Origin: Hypanus sabinus
Lineage: Eukaryota
DNA length: 64,000 nt
Direction of reading: 5' to 3'
Assembly: GCF_030144855.1 (NCBI RefSeq)
Contig: NC_082733.1
Span: 31,744,001 to 31,808,000 of the forward strand
The position numbers were made by a program, and so were the translations under genes. The notes beneath the pieces are model-generated. The model worked only from the letters and a program-made list of their open reading frames with translations. It was not told the origin of the DNA and ran no database searches. This document shows positions 25,637 to 39,430 of the stretch, piece by piece. How positions within the stretch are numbered: position 1 is the first letter of the stretch; the number at the start of each line of letters is the position of its first letter.

Positions 25637-28472
25637 TTTTGAAAATACAGCAACTCTTACCTCAAAAGCTTCTTTTCTTGCAAGTTAGTTTTTCTTATTC
25701 ACACTAAAAAACTATTAGCTTCACTTTTTTTAAAGTTGATGTGGTAGCCTGGTAATTGTAGGGAAGAATTAGAAATAGATTAAAATCAGATGCATGCTCA
25801 TCACCTTGGCCGTGTTCCCCACTCTAATCTTTTAATGTCCAATGTGTTCCCAGTGCAGTTCGGATAGTATGATGAACTAATTCAGCTCAGAGCTGCAGCA
25901 TTTAGACTTATTTTGGGTTGTAGTATGAATGAGTTATTGTTCATCAAAATTTGTTAATATGAATTAAAGCTCTACTTTCCTTTCAGCAGGGGGCTGCTGA
26001 ATGCAAAGGTTCATTCAATCCCAAGAAATTGTCATTTACATCCACAACCTTCATGAATATATTAAAGATATTAATGAACACTTCCTCCAGTTCCTAAATC
26101 GCTGTCAGACAACAATTTCAGTTGCAGATTAGTTGCAATGATATTTGAAATGAAATGAAGGACAGCAGGATTGGTGCCTAACTTCTAACCTTGCATGATT
26201 TTTGATTGCAAGTTGACACAATTGCCACTTAGCATGCCTTAGCCACACACTAATTAAGCTGCTGAGGGGTCTGTGTACAGCCCACTTACTAGAGTTATGT
26301 CAGTAGGGATCTAAAAAGAATGAAAACTATTACTACTCTAATAATATTCCAGAATTATCTGCCTGGTATATATGTTGTGTGCTTGACTAGAATAGCGGTT
26401 TAATCATAACCATCTTTTTTATTAGACTCTCCTGAGAGTTACTTTATTAGCTGTACTGTTTCTTCAAGGAACAATTTGAATAATTGCGAGTCCTCCCAGT
26501 TTGACAGTAGTCTGATAAAGTGGGAAACAGGAAAATTGGCACTTGAGTACATAAAAAAACATCTCCCTTCCCTATTCCATCTTGAAACTTTTCCTTGAAA
26601 TGTTTTATGATTACACCTCTTCAGAGAGTACATTCTGAAGTTATTTAGGTATTTTGAACGAGTTTCACTACAATCATTCTTTCTGATTTAATTAAGCTCT
26701 GTTCACTTAACGTTATGTTTGCATATTTAATGCTCACTTTGGAAAAGCTTGATGAAAAACAACAGTGGCCTAACAGGAGCAACACACACAAAATGCTGGA
26801 GAAACTCAGCAAGTCAGGCAGCATCCATGATGGGAATAAGCAATCAACATTTTAGACAAAGATCTTTCTTCAGGGCTGAACAGATGAAGGGTCTTAGGCT
26901 GAAACGTAAACAGTTTACTCTCCTCCACAGATACCACCTGACTTGCTGAGGTCCTCCAGCATTTTGTATGTGGCGCTCTGCAGAATCTCTTTGTATATAT
27001 GGTCTGGTAGAAGAGCAGCTTCACTGCCCTTTATGTTTGATATTCTGAAGTCCCTCAGAATATATATTTGTATATGTATAAATTAACTAATAATTTAAAG
27101 AATTTGAACCACAAAATCAGTCATAGAATTGCACAGCAGAGAAACAAGCACCTTGACCAACCATGTTCATGCTAACCTATTTGTCCACATTAGTGTTCTT
27201 CTACACCTTTGCCTTTTAAAGTGCCTGTCTAAATAACTCAAGCTAAGATTACACCTAACTCCACCACTTCTGTTGTTAATGTTTTCCAAGTATCAACCAC
27301 CTTCTGTACATAAAAAAAAATACTTAATCAGAATCAAGTTTAATATCACCGGCATATGTCATGAAATTTGTTGTCTTTACAGCAACCATATAATGCAATA
27401 TGTAATAATAGAGAAAAAATGTGAATTACAGTGAAGTATAATTATATTAACTAGTTAAGTAAGTAGTGCAAAAATAAAAATAAGTAATGAAGTAGTGTTC
27501 ATGGGTTCAATGCCTATTCAGAAATCAGATGGCAGAGGGAAAGAAGCTGTTAGTGAATTGTTTTATGCATGCCTTTAGGCTCCTGTACCTTCTCCCTATT
27601 GGAACTTAACCCGCACATCCCCTTTCAAACATATTCCTTTCATTTAACCTATACCCTCTTGTTTTTGGTACCCTATCATGGGAAAACGAATTGACTCTCC
27701 ACTCTATGATTCTTATAACTGTATAAACCTCAGCCTCCTTCACTGCAGAGAAAACAGGCCTATTTACCTGTGTTACCATTTTCAGGGAACTATGGACTTG
27801 AAGCTAAAGGTCTCTCTGTTCATCAATGTTCCTTAGAGCCTCACCATTAACTGCATATGACCTACCCCTATCTGACTTCCCAAAATGCATCACTTTGTAC
27901 TTATATCAGAATTAAATCCTTCTGCTGACACACCATCAACTGATCTACATCCTGCTGTGAACACGGAAAACCTTCCTTGCTATCCACAGCACTAACTTTC
28001 ATGTCCAATGCAACCATACCAATCAAACCTCTGACAAACACTAAGAATTTTCCATGTTGTGCATTCTCTTTTTACTTAGAATACTTATTCAGCTTTTGTT
28101 TGGCACTTTAGTGCCTGGTGCATGAAATTGCAGAGAAGGTTTTAGCTTTATCCTTCCATTGAAGAATGTGCTTGATGTAGCAAAGCTTTTCATCCGCTTG
28201 TAGCTGTTCCATGAACATGTACTTAACGTACGATATGCAGTATCACTAGCTTTCCTTTTTATCTTCACCATGTTATTCATATCTCTATTGTATTCAGTTT
28301 TTTAAAATACAAAATAGGACCTTATTCATTGGCGCATAGGAGAATGAGGGGTGATCTTATAGAGGTGTGTAAAATAATAAGGGGCATGGATAAGGATGAA
28401 GGCGCCCTTTCTTTCCCCAAGAGCTAAATAGAGGCTATAAGTTTAAAGAGAGGCAAAAGAATTAACAAGAGC

Positions 28473-28883
28473 TACTCTCTACCCATTATGCCACTGGCAT
28501 TTTGGGTAGCAATGAAGGTCCTCCATCTCTGGTAGTGTTGAGGGTTCCTTCATCATGTCAGTATCTCGGTTTTCACTGCAATCAGTCATGCAAGTTCCAG
28601 GTGGAGACTAGGGAATACCATTGCACTCAGATGTAGAAGGATTCTTCATTGCTGCTTCCATAGCAATTTTGCTTTACCAGTCAGGGTTGATAGCCCTGAG
28701 GTGATCCCCTGAACCTTGAGAACTGGTGGACAACTCTTAGTCTGGCCTCCACACTTTGACCTGTTTGGCATGGGTGACCCTACCAAGAACCAAAGTGCAA
28801 AGCCCTGACTCCAGCCAACATAGCACTCCATTTCATTAAAGTATGCAAGCCTCCAAACCCTATGACAACATTGTGGTCCTCTT
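28473..28883 (-). mobile_element. Bipartite non-autonomous RTE-clade element, copy 2
   Basis: Colinear with 9852-10193. Confidence 0.7.
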
Positions 28884-31082
28884 AGGTCTACTGAGGCATC
28901 TAATTTACCTGGAGGGTGGCCCATAGAATAGGCTGCCAGAGGAAATGGTTGAGACAACAACATTTAAAAGGCATGAGAAACAGTTACATAGATAGAAAAA
29001 GTTTAGGGGTATGTGGACCGAATGTGAGCAGATGGGACTAACACAGATGGCCTTTTTGGTAGGTCAGACCAGATGGTCTGAAGGTCCTGTCTCTGTGTTG
29101 CAAGATTCAATATGTTGAAATATGATCCATACTGGTCATTTTCAAAGCATGCTGGGAGATTGGGAACATATTGCACACAGGGAAGAGTTTGTTTCAATGG
29201 TTACGATAAAGTAAATGGCCTCCTGCTATCTCACAAGCGTTTAATTTATTAGATACTATTATTTAAAAAGAGCTGATAGTCTAAGGAAAACAGGGACCCA
29301 GATTTTGTGGTATGTTTATTTCAAACATGATTCCCCTAAACAATGCAATATTGAAATTAGTTTAATTGCAAGGCATGGACAGGCAAAAGTTCTGAAGAGC
29401 TTATTAAGACATTATGAGACAGATGGAAGACTATGATCGCCCACATCATACAACATGGCGTATAATGATAATCTGTTTGTGACTGTTATTTATTTATTGC
29501 ATTTGTAGTTTGTCTTCTTTTGCACGTTGGTTGTTTGACACTCTTTGTGGGTAGTCTTTCATTGTATTTCTTTATTCTATTGTGAATACCTGCAAGAAAA
29601 TGAATATCAGGGTAGTATATGGTGACTTTAATAATAATTTTGGACTGGTACAAAATGAGGCCATCTTACAGAGAATGGAACAAACTGAGAAGGTGAAAAG
29701 ACCTGATTTGAAATAGGTGTATATTGTAAATCGAGTATCTTGTGAATACTCAGCTTTCTTTCCATATGGAAAAATTAAGTGGACATTTTCAGTTGACAAA
29801 TCTCCTTTTGAAATATTGTCCTGTCTTCTCTTATTTCAGGTGCTGGTTATTTCTGCCAATTTCCTGTTTTATTACAATAACAGAGAGGAGGATGAATCCG
29901 AAGCAAACAAATTATTGCAACAATCTCCATTACACTACTCTGTGTTGCCAAGACAGCAGCAATTAGTAGGCTATACTCAATTCTGAAAGGAGAAGATGAG
30001 TCCAGCTAGTCACTCAGGTCATTAGATTCTATTATGCCTGTCAGCAGAACACAGCTTTTTGTCAATCTTAACTCCACACAGGACAAAAAAAAACTGCTGT
30101 TGCATAAGTATTTTTCACAGCTCTGCCATGACGCACACAAACTATATTTTGTCGAGGAAAACGCAAAGGCATAAGGACCTAAAAATTCAAAGTAATGTAA
30201 ATTATAAAGTCACAGGAAAAGCAGCCTGTTGTTAAAGGAGGCAAGCAAGTTTAATACCTCATACACAAGACTGCCTAAGACAACAGTGAGATAAATTTTT
30301 ATAAAGAAATGCTAACATGGAACACCTGATGGCCTCCTTGTGATAGAAATTAACGTAATTCAATAAATTATTGATAAAAGTGAGTCAAAGGTATGAAATT
30401 ATCAAATTTGGGGATAATCTCAGCAGTTTCTCGGTGCCAGCCACTCCTGTGATTGCAGAAACGATGTATGCACTTCTGTGGATGAGAGAATTATAGAACT
30501 GAATTAGAGCAAGGTTTTATTGGGCTGTGAGGAGGGAATATGCATGCTTGCCTTCATCACCCAGGACATTGGGTATGAAAGTCAGGAAGTCATGTTGCAG
30601 TTCTATAAAAGTTTGGTTAGGCCGAATTTAAGAGTACCGCGTGCATTATAGGAAGGCAGCTGAAGGTTTAGAGGGGGTGCAGAAGAGATTCACCAGGATA
30701 CTGCCTGGAATAGTGAGCGGTAGCTCTAAGAGTTTGGACAAATGCGCTGTTTTATCTTGAGTCTCAAACAGAGAAGAGACACCAGTTTATAAAATTATGA
30801 CAACAGTCTAATTTTCCTCTTTTTCCAGATAAGAATTGTGAAATATTTGAGGGCATAAGTTTGTCTTTAAGGTAGTTGGGGGGGGGGGGTGAGAGAGGAT
30901 TTTAAGATGTCCACAGAGTGGTCTGGAATGCACTGCCAAGCACAGGGGTGTAAGGAGGTGTAAGCACAGTAGCGGAGTTTGAGACATTCAGATAGGCATA
31001 TGAATATGGAGGGATATGCAAGCAAGTGTGGTTAATTTAATTTGGTATTCGTGGTTGGCATAGACAGGGTGAGCCAGAGGGC

Positions 31083-31270
31083 TTTGTTGTTGAGTGCCGT
31101 CAAGTCATCATCCATGAATAATAGTGTAGTCCATAGGGTTTTTGTGGCAAGATATGGAATTACAATGCTAGGTCTTTCTTCAGCTGTCCAGTTTGGGGCC
31201 CAGCTGAATTCAAGCCAAGGACCATCTGCCTCGAAGTCCAATGCTGATTCCACTACACCACCAGCTGACC
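31083..31270 (-). mobile_element. tRNA-derived SINE with RTE/BovB-like 3' tail
   Basis: - strand GGTGGTGTAGTGG (A box-like) and CTTGAATTC (B box-like); 3' end GACTTGACGGCACTCAACAACAA. Confidence 0.6.
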
Positions 31271-31316
31271 CAGAGCAGATATTGTAATCACTCATTGAAA
31301 TGCAGTCATGAAGCTT

Positions 31317-33085
31317 AGAAACATAGAAGCCCTACAGCACAATACAGGCCCTTTGGCTCACAAAGCTGTGCGAACATGTCCTTAATATAGAAATTACCTC
31401 GGGTTACCCATTGCCCTCTATTTTTCTAAACTCCATGTACCTATCCGGGAATCTCTTAAAAGACCCACATAGAATGCTGGTGTAACACAGCAGGCCAGGC
31501 AGCATCTATAGGGAGAAGCGCTGTTGCTTCGTCCTGATGAAGGGTCTCGGCCCAAAAAGTCGACAGCGCTTCTCCCTATAGATGTTGCCTGGCCTGCTGT
31601 GTTCCACCAGCATCTTGTGTGTGTTGTTCGAACTTCCAGCATCTGCAGATTTCCTCGTGTTTGCTCTTAAAAGACCCTATTGTATCTGCCTCCACCACCG
31701 TCGCCGGCAGTCCATTCCACGCACTCACCACTCTCTGTGTAAAAAAACATAGCCCTGTCATCTCCTCTGTACTTACTTCCAAGCACCTTAAAACTGTGGT
31801 CTCTCGTTTTAGCCATTTCAGCCCTGGGAAAAAGCCTCTGACTCTCCACAAGATCAATGCCTCTCATCATCTTATACACCTCTATCAGGTCACCTCTCAT
31901 CCTCCGTCGCTCTAAGGAAGAAGTCCAAATTCACTCAATCTATCCTCATAAGGCATGCTCCCCAATCCAGGCAACATCCTTGTAAATCTCCTCTGCACCC
32001 TTTCTATGGTTTCCACATCCTTCCTGTAGAACTGAGCACAATATTCCAAATGGGGTCTGACCAGGGTCCTGTATAGCTACAACATTACCTCTCAGCTCCT
32101 GAACACAGTACCCCAATTGACGAAGGCCAATGCACCATATGCCTTCTTAACCACAGAGTCAACCTGCATAGCAGCTTTGAGTGTCCTTTGGATCCCTCTG
32201 ACCCTCCACACTGGCAAGAGTCTTGCCATTAATACTATATCCTGCCATTCATATTTGATCTACCAAAATCAAACACCTCACACTTATCTGGGTTGAACTC
32301 CATCTGCCACTTCTCAGCCCAGTTTTGCATCCTATCAATGTCCCACTGTAACCTGAGAACCCTCCACACTGTCCCCAACACCCCCAACATTTGTGTCATC
32401 AGCAAATTTACTAACCCACCCTTCTACTTCTTCATCTAGGTCATTTATAAAAATCATGAAGAGTAAGAGTCCCAGAACAGATCCCTAAGACACACCACTG
32501 GACACCGACCTCCATGGAGAAATATGACCAATCAACAACCACTCTTTGCCTTCTGTGGGCAAGCCAATTCTGGATCCACAAAGCAATATCCCCTTGGATC
32601 CTATGTCTCCTTACTTTCTCAACAAGCCTTGTATGGGGTTCCTTAATGCCTTGCTGAAATCCATATACACTACATCTACTGCTCTACTGTCATCAATGTA
32701 AGGCACGACCTGCCTTTGTCAAAGCTATGCTGACTATTCCTAATCATATAATGCCTCTCATAAATGTTCGTAAATCCTGTCTCAGGAACTTTTCCATCAA
32801 CTTACTAACCACTGAAGTAAGACACAGTGGTTTTTAATTTCCCAGGCTATCTCTAGTCCCATTCTTGAATAAGGGAACAACATCTGCAACCCTCCGGAAC
32901 CTCTCCCATCCCCATGGATGATGCAAAGATCATCGCCACAGGCTCAGCAATCTCCTCCCTCACCTCCCACAGTAGCCCGTTGTACATCTCATCCGGTCCA
33001 ACTTGACTTATCCAACTTGATGCTTTCCAAAAGCTCCAGCACATCCTCTTTCTTAATATCTATATGCTTAAGCGTTTCAGTCCGC
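31317..33085 (-). mobile_element. CR1 LINE fragment (~1.6 kb, decayed RT region)
   Basis: MRGDLIEVYK and RVVSAWNGL remnants; tail matches 19960-20545; interrupted at 31467-31663. Confidence 0.85.
31467..31663 (+). mobile_element. Palindromic Penelope-derived mini-element with central hammerhead motif (31531-31564)
   Basis: 14-bp TSD ctcttaaaagaccc at 31453-31466 and 31664-31677; inverted arms around gtc-CTGATGA-agggtctcggccc-aaaaagtc-gac. Confidence 0.85.
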
Positions 33086-34498
33086 TGTACGTCATTTCAG
33101 AATACTCTGAAAGTTCCTCTCAGCCTCCTTTAACTTGAAACTGTTCCACAGTAATACTTAACTCCAAGGAGTAACTTTAGTAATTTGCTTCTAAGTAAGA
33201 TTGTAACTTATCTATGTAACCTTTACAAAGGTCATACACAACATGAGATGGTTAATATTATACAAATGCACATGGACCAAAGAACAAAACCAATATGGAA
33301 TAAATTTGATAATCCCACTCATACTTCACATGACTACCGATATGGTTCTCAAACGGGTTTAATTCTCCAAGTGACTTGATGGATCTCAACACCATTGAAG
33401 CAGAAATAATTTACTTGCATTTATACAGTACATTTCATTTCTTCAGAATGTCCCCAAGTTCAAAGTATATTTATTATCAATGTACATATATGTCACCACA
33501 TACAACCCAAAGGTTCATCTTCTTGCAGCCATACTCAGTAAATTCAAGAACCAGAATAGAATCAATAAAATCCCACACTTAACAGGGTAAAGAAATAGAA
33601 GACGAACTGCAAATACAAGAGAAAGTAATAATAATAAGCAATAAGTATCAAGAAAATAAGATGAAGAGGCCTTGAAAGTGAGTCCATAAGTTTTTGGGAA
33701 TGTTTCAATGATAAAGCCAGTGAAGTTGAATGAAACTATTCTCACTGGTTCAAGGTCCTGAATGTTGAGGGGTACTTATTGTCTCTGAAGTGTGAGTCCC
33801 GAGGCTCCTGTACCTTCTAGCAGTGAGAAGAGAGCATCACCTCGGTCGTGGGGGTCCTTGATGGTGCTTGTGCAGATGATGCTCAATGGAGGGAGGAATT
33901 TCCTGTTATGGACTGGGTTGTATCCATTATTTTTTGTAGGATTTTCCATTCAAGGGCCTTGGTGTTTCTATACCAGGCTGTGATGCAACCAGTGAATATA
34001 CTCTCCACCGCACATCAGTAGAAGTTTGTCAAAGTGTAAGATTTTCATGCTAGATCTCCACAAACTTCTAAAGGAAATAGAGGCACTGAGGTGCTTTATT
34101 CGTAGTTGCATTTAGGTGGTGGACACAGGATGGGTCCTCTGAAATGGTAGCACCAGCTTGAAGTTGCTGACACTCTCCACCTTTGATCCCCCGATAAGAA
34201 CTGGCTCAAGGACCTCTGGTTTCTTCTTCCTAAAGTCAATAATCAGTCCTTGAAGTAAATTAAGTACTCCTGAAGTATAATGGCTGATACACTAAACATT
34301 TACTGAGAGAATGGACAATCTTTCATTACAGCAACAGAAACTTGAGGAGCAAAGAACTTACAATCCAGCGGCTTCAGTCCTTGTTCATGTTGTGACCATG
34401 TGTACTATCTTAAAGTGCATCCAGAAAACCGCTATATTGTAAATGACTGAGTAGGGGTTAAATAACTTACAAGGTAGCCAATATCATTCTTGAAAAAT

Positions 34499-34504
34499 TT
34501 TATT
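34499..34504 (-). promoter_or_regulatory. Probable DET1 polyadenylation signal (distal; a proximal AATAAA lies at 35055-35060)
   Basis: AATAAA on the - strand about 1 kb after the DET1 stop, at the end of a repeat-free AT-rich 3'UTR-like stretch. Confidence 0.55.
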
Positions 34505-35519
34505 GATCAAGTAGATGTTATGTCCATACGTAAAAAAGGTGTTTATAAAATATAGCAGTCAGAAGAAAAAATTCAAATTCCATGTAATATTCCATTTGTA
34601 AAATTTGAAATTCATAATACTTTAATTGTCGTATACAAGACCAAAATGAAAGCAGTTGCATTGTACCAAGAAAATTCTCCATACAAAATTATATCTGGTC
34701 TAATAATTCCACATCACTGGTGAAATATAAAGGAAACATACACCCAGAAATTCATCCCCAGTCATAACAAAATCAATGGAATAAGTTTAGGATCAGGGTA
34801 CAACACTCAGATACAGCTAGTTTAGCGATCTCAACCAGGGATACATTTCTTGGCAGCAGTACTTTATATCTAATTTCAATTCTAAAAAATATCAGTTCAG
34901 GAGTATAACTAAAAAACTACTGAAAAAAAAAGGCAGGTTATCATTTTGGAGAGAATCCACCTAATGACTCCAAGGTTCCAATAAAAGTGTTTAAATATAA
35001 TATTTCTGTTTTCTGCAAGCATTAATGCTGGTTTTACTTCCAGCAATCTATGCTTTTATTACTAATAACATGAGCAATTCCAGATCCTCAGCACCATCCC
35101 CTCCCTTGTGAGCCATGGATCAAGAGGCACATTTATCCCTACCTTTCGACTTAAATGGGACTTACTATCTCCAAAATAACAATGAATCAAGTTCATAGCA
35201 TATACCATATTTTTGAATTGGGCAGCCAACTATTTAATGATTGAGTCCGCATTGTTTTAGCGATAAATTGCCAACAAATTATGTTTGCACAAAATTCATT
35301 TTCAGCTGAGTTGGCCATCCATTTGAAGTTCCTGGTCTTTCAACGAATTAGGGTTCAAAGATGAACTGGAATACTGAATCTAGAAGTGGTTGCCTTTGAT
35401 TGCATTTCTTCAAATCTCACTGCCTTTGGTTGTTGCAGGGGTTTATTTGGATCTCTTCATGGGGCTCCACAAGTACAAGCACAACTAAGAGGTACAATGT
35501 TTCTTGTGTTCCATGGTCT

Positions 35520-35765
<246 letters not shown>

Positions 35766-37697
35766 TTAACAGCACAAAGACTATTCTGTTATACTCAAGA
35801 GCTTCCCAACAAATGAAGCCCTGGTATAGAGTTGGAAAAAGAGGGCAAAGCACTGAGGTATCAACCAGAAAACCCTCCTCCTCTCATCTACGCTGAATTA
35901 ACTTACCTCTGTCACACAGTTTCTAACTCTCTCTTGGGGCTAGAGAGCAGACTTCAGGGCATCAGGGCTTCATTTCCCTACTGGTAACACACAGGAAAAG
36001 GTGCAAAAGTGTGCATGTCAATGAGAATGAGATAGGACTTGATAGGGTACTCAGCAGGTCAGGCAGCATCCATGGAATTTTTTATTTATTGAGATACAGC
36101 ATGGAATAGACCCTTCTGGCTCTTCAAGATAGGCTGCCCATCAATCTCCTGATTTAATCTTATCCTAATCACAGGACAATTTACAATAACCAATTAACCT
36201 ACCGACCAGTACATCTTTGGAATGTGGATGCAAACCAGAGTTCTGGGAGGAGACCCACACGGTCACAGGGACAGCATACAAACTCCTTACAGAAAGCAGC
36301 AGGAAAAGAACCCGGGTTGCTGGTACTGTAAAGCATTGCCCTAACTACCATGTTACTGTGCTTCCTTTCCGTAAATGCTGCTTGATCTGCTAAGTTTCTC
36401 CATCATTTTGTGTGTGTTGCTCTAGATTTCCAGCAACTACAGAATCTCTTGGCAAAAGTGTACAAGATGATAAGAGGCACAGATCAAGTGGACAGTCAGA
36501 GACTTTTTCCACTAAGCAGAAATGGATAATACAAAGGAGCATAATTTTAAGGTGACTGGAGGAAAATTATAGGTGGGGATCTCAGAGGCAAGTACATATA
36601 CATTTTTATATAAAGAGCGTGGTGAGTGCGTGGAGTGCACTGCTAGTGGTGGAGTTAGAGGCAGATACATTAGCAACATTTAAGAGTCTTTTAGAAAGGC
36701 ATATGGATGATAGAAAAATGGAGGGCTTTGTGGGAGGGAAGGGCTGGATTAACTTTGGAGCAGGTTAAAAAGTTGGCACAGCACTGTAGTCTGAAAGGCC
36801 CGAACTGTGAGGTAATGTTCTATATTCGACATGTTAACCAAGACAAATATATCTCATTGGCTAAGTTTAGTGTGATGAAGAACCACAGAAATTAAGGGAA
36901 GGGCAGTTTAATTTATGGAACTGGATGTCGAAAGCAGATCAGCAAATGCAGAAGCACCTGTAGAAACCTAAAGGAACAAAGGATGCAAACTTCTTCGAAA
37001 GTAATTGCAGCCAAATCTGTACTCTCTATTTTTGAAAAGAAAACTTTGAAATATTGTTTTCCTGAGGCAAAGAAGGCTGTGGAATAACCCGTTAGACAAA
37101 AAAAGTATGAGGAGCATAGAAAAGATATAGACAGAATCTTTGTCCCCATGGTACTTTATGTTGCTGTCAAAACAACAGGGCAAAGGTTTAAAGTGAAAGG
37201 GAGTAGCTTTAAAAGAGATCCGAGAGATTTTTTTTAAAACAGAGAGTGGTTGATTTCTGGAAAGGGGAGGTAAAGGTGAAAAAGGTACAACTATTATGTT
37301 TAAGAAACACTTAGATTGACACCTGAGTGGGCAAAGCACAGAAGGACACTGACTTAAAGCAGGTAAATGGGAAAGTGTATGTAGGCAGGTGGTCAGCATA
37401 GATGTAGTGGGCCAAAGAGCACGTTTTGGCACTGTACAACTTAAGACTCTACATCTCAAAAACCTTTTCAATCAGTGAATAATTAAGTGGACAGAACAAA
37501 AATACGAGCAGGAAGTGGCCATCTAGCCTCTAAATTCAATACAATTATGGCTGATCTGCCACAGGCCTTCAAATGTTCGTTCAGAGAGGCAGGTACAAAT
37601 TTTTTGTACTACCATCTGTAAACAGCTTAAGGATTTACATTGGTACCCTTGATTAAATATTTGAATTAGAATGTATCAATTAAGCTGCTTTACTTTA

Positions 37698-38072
<375 letters not shown>

Positions 38073-39239
38073 TCAGGGTTGACCACCAGACTCTTGAAAC
38101 AGCTAATCAAAATCACAAGCAAGACTGCAGTTTACAATAGTATGAAATGTGAAGGGAGGAAATGAAGGGGGGAAAAAGAAACAACAGCTCCTTGGTACAT
38201 TTCAAAAGGCTTCTTATACAGTGTATTGTTTAGAAATTACATTCTGGTAGCAAATGCTTCAGATTGATTCAACCAAGTGGTACTCAGCACTGATCACAAT
38301 TGATCACACAAGCATGGTGTACTCTGACAGCTTTCAGTTCATAACTATAGATTGCAATTACCATTGCCCTCAAGTTTCACTGTAGGACATTGTTGACTCT
38401 AGCCACACCTTCACATCCAAACTGTTAGGGGAAAGTTTCCACAGGTTCGGTATTAATCCTTCAGCTATTCACAAATCTTTCTAATGGAAAAGACAAAATG
38501 CTATCCATATCCAGGTTTGTTAATGCTACAAAACTGGATAGAAAAGTGACAAATATATTAAATGTCCCTATTGATTTGTACCAATTTTTAATCAATGCAT
38601 CATTATCAGGCAAAAGATACAAGTGCCTGAAAGCACAAACCACCAGCCTAAAGGACAGCTTCTATCCCACTGTTACCGGACTCTTGAATGGACCTCTTGT
38701 ACGTTAAGATGGACTCTTGGCCTCACAGTCTGCCCAATTATGATCTTACATTTTATCGTTCACCTGCACTGCACTTTTTCAAAAGCTTTTACACTTTACC
38801 CTGTTTTACCTTATTCTAGCTCAATGCACTGTGTAATGATCTGATCTGTATAAGCAGTGAGGAAGACAAGCTTTTCACTGTCTACTGGTATATGTGACGA
38901 TAATAAACCAATACTAGATCCACTAGTTTGCATTTTTCTACTCTGTTGATATCATATTAAAAGAAATGAAAGGGTAATACACATAAAGACAACATTCTTT
39001 TCTGTTAACTTTTTAATCATGCTGACTGATTAAAGGTTCTGCCATCTTTTGACTCAGTTTTAAATTGCTTACATTTTCAGTTTTCGCTCATCTGAAGTCA
39101 CTTCAGAAACATCACCCTGCAGTGAACTTGTACATTTTTGACTCTGAGCCATCAATGCATTGTTAAGATTTTCTTTAGCCAAATGGTGTGATCAGGAAGT
39201 GAAAGATAAAATATTCTGGGTAACAGAAGGATCACTCAC

Positions 39240-39430
39240 CTCCTCTGGATTTGTCTGGCAAAGTTACTACTGGATGCAGAGCATGGAAACTGGACCGCTT
39301 CACTATGCAGTGTTGCATTTCGATAGAGGTCACAGAAATTTTCGAACAGCTGCAGAAGTTCGTCACAAGTGTTCTCAAACACAGCCAGAACCCGAGTGGT
39401 AACCATGTTGTAAACGACAAAGAACGACGG
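39240..39430 (-). CDS. DET1: DET1 coding exon 2
   Basis: 191 nt, [63 protein letters not shown]; donor AG|GTGAGT. Confidence 0.97.

Noticed and set aside
29424-29440. tggaagacta match to the 5' end of miR-7
   Set aside because: The match ends after about 10 nt and no precursor hairpin is apparent.
29717-29986. Possible exon after a good acceptor at about 29839
   Set aside because: No recognisable protein, no partner exon or convincing donor.
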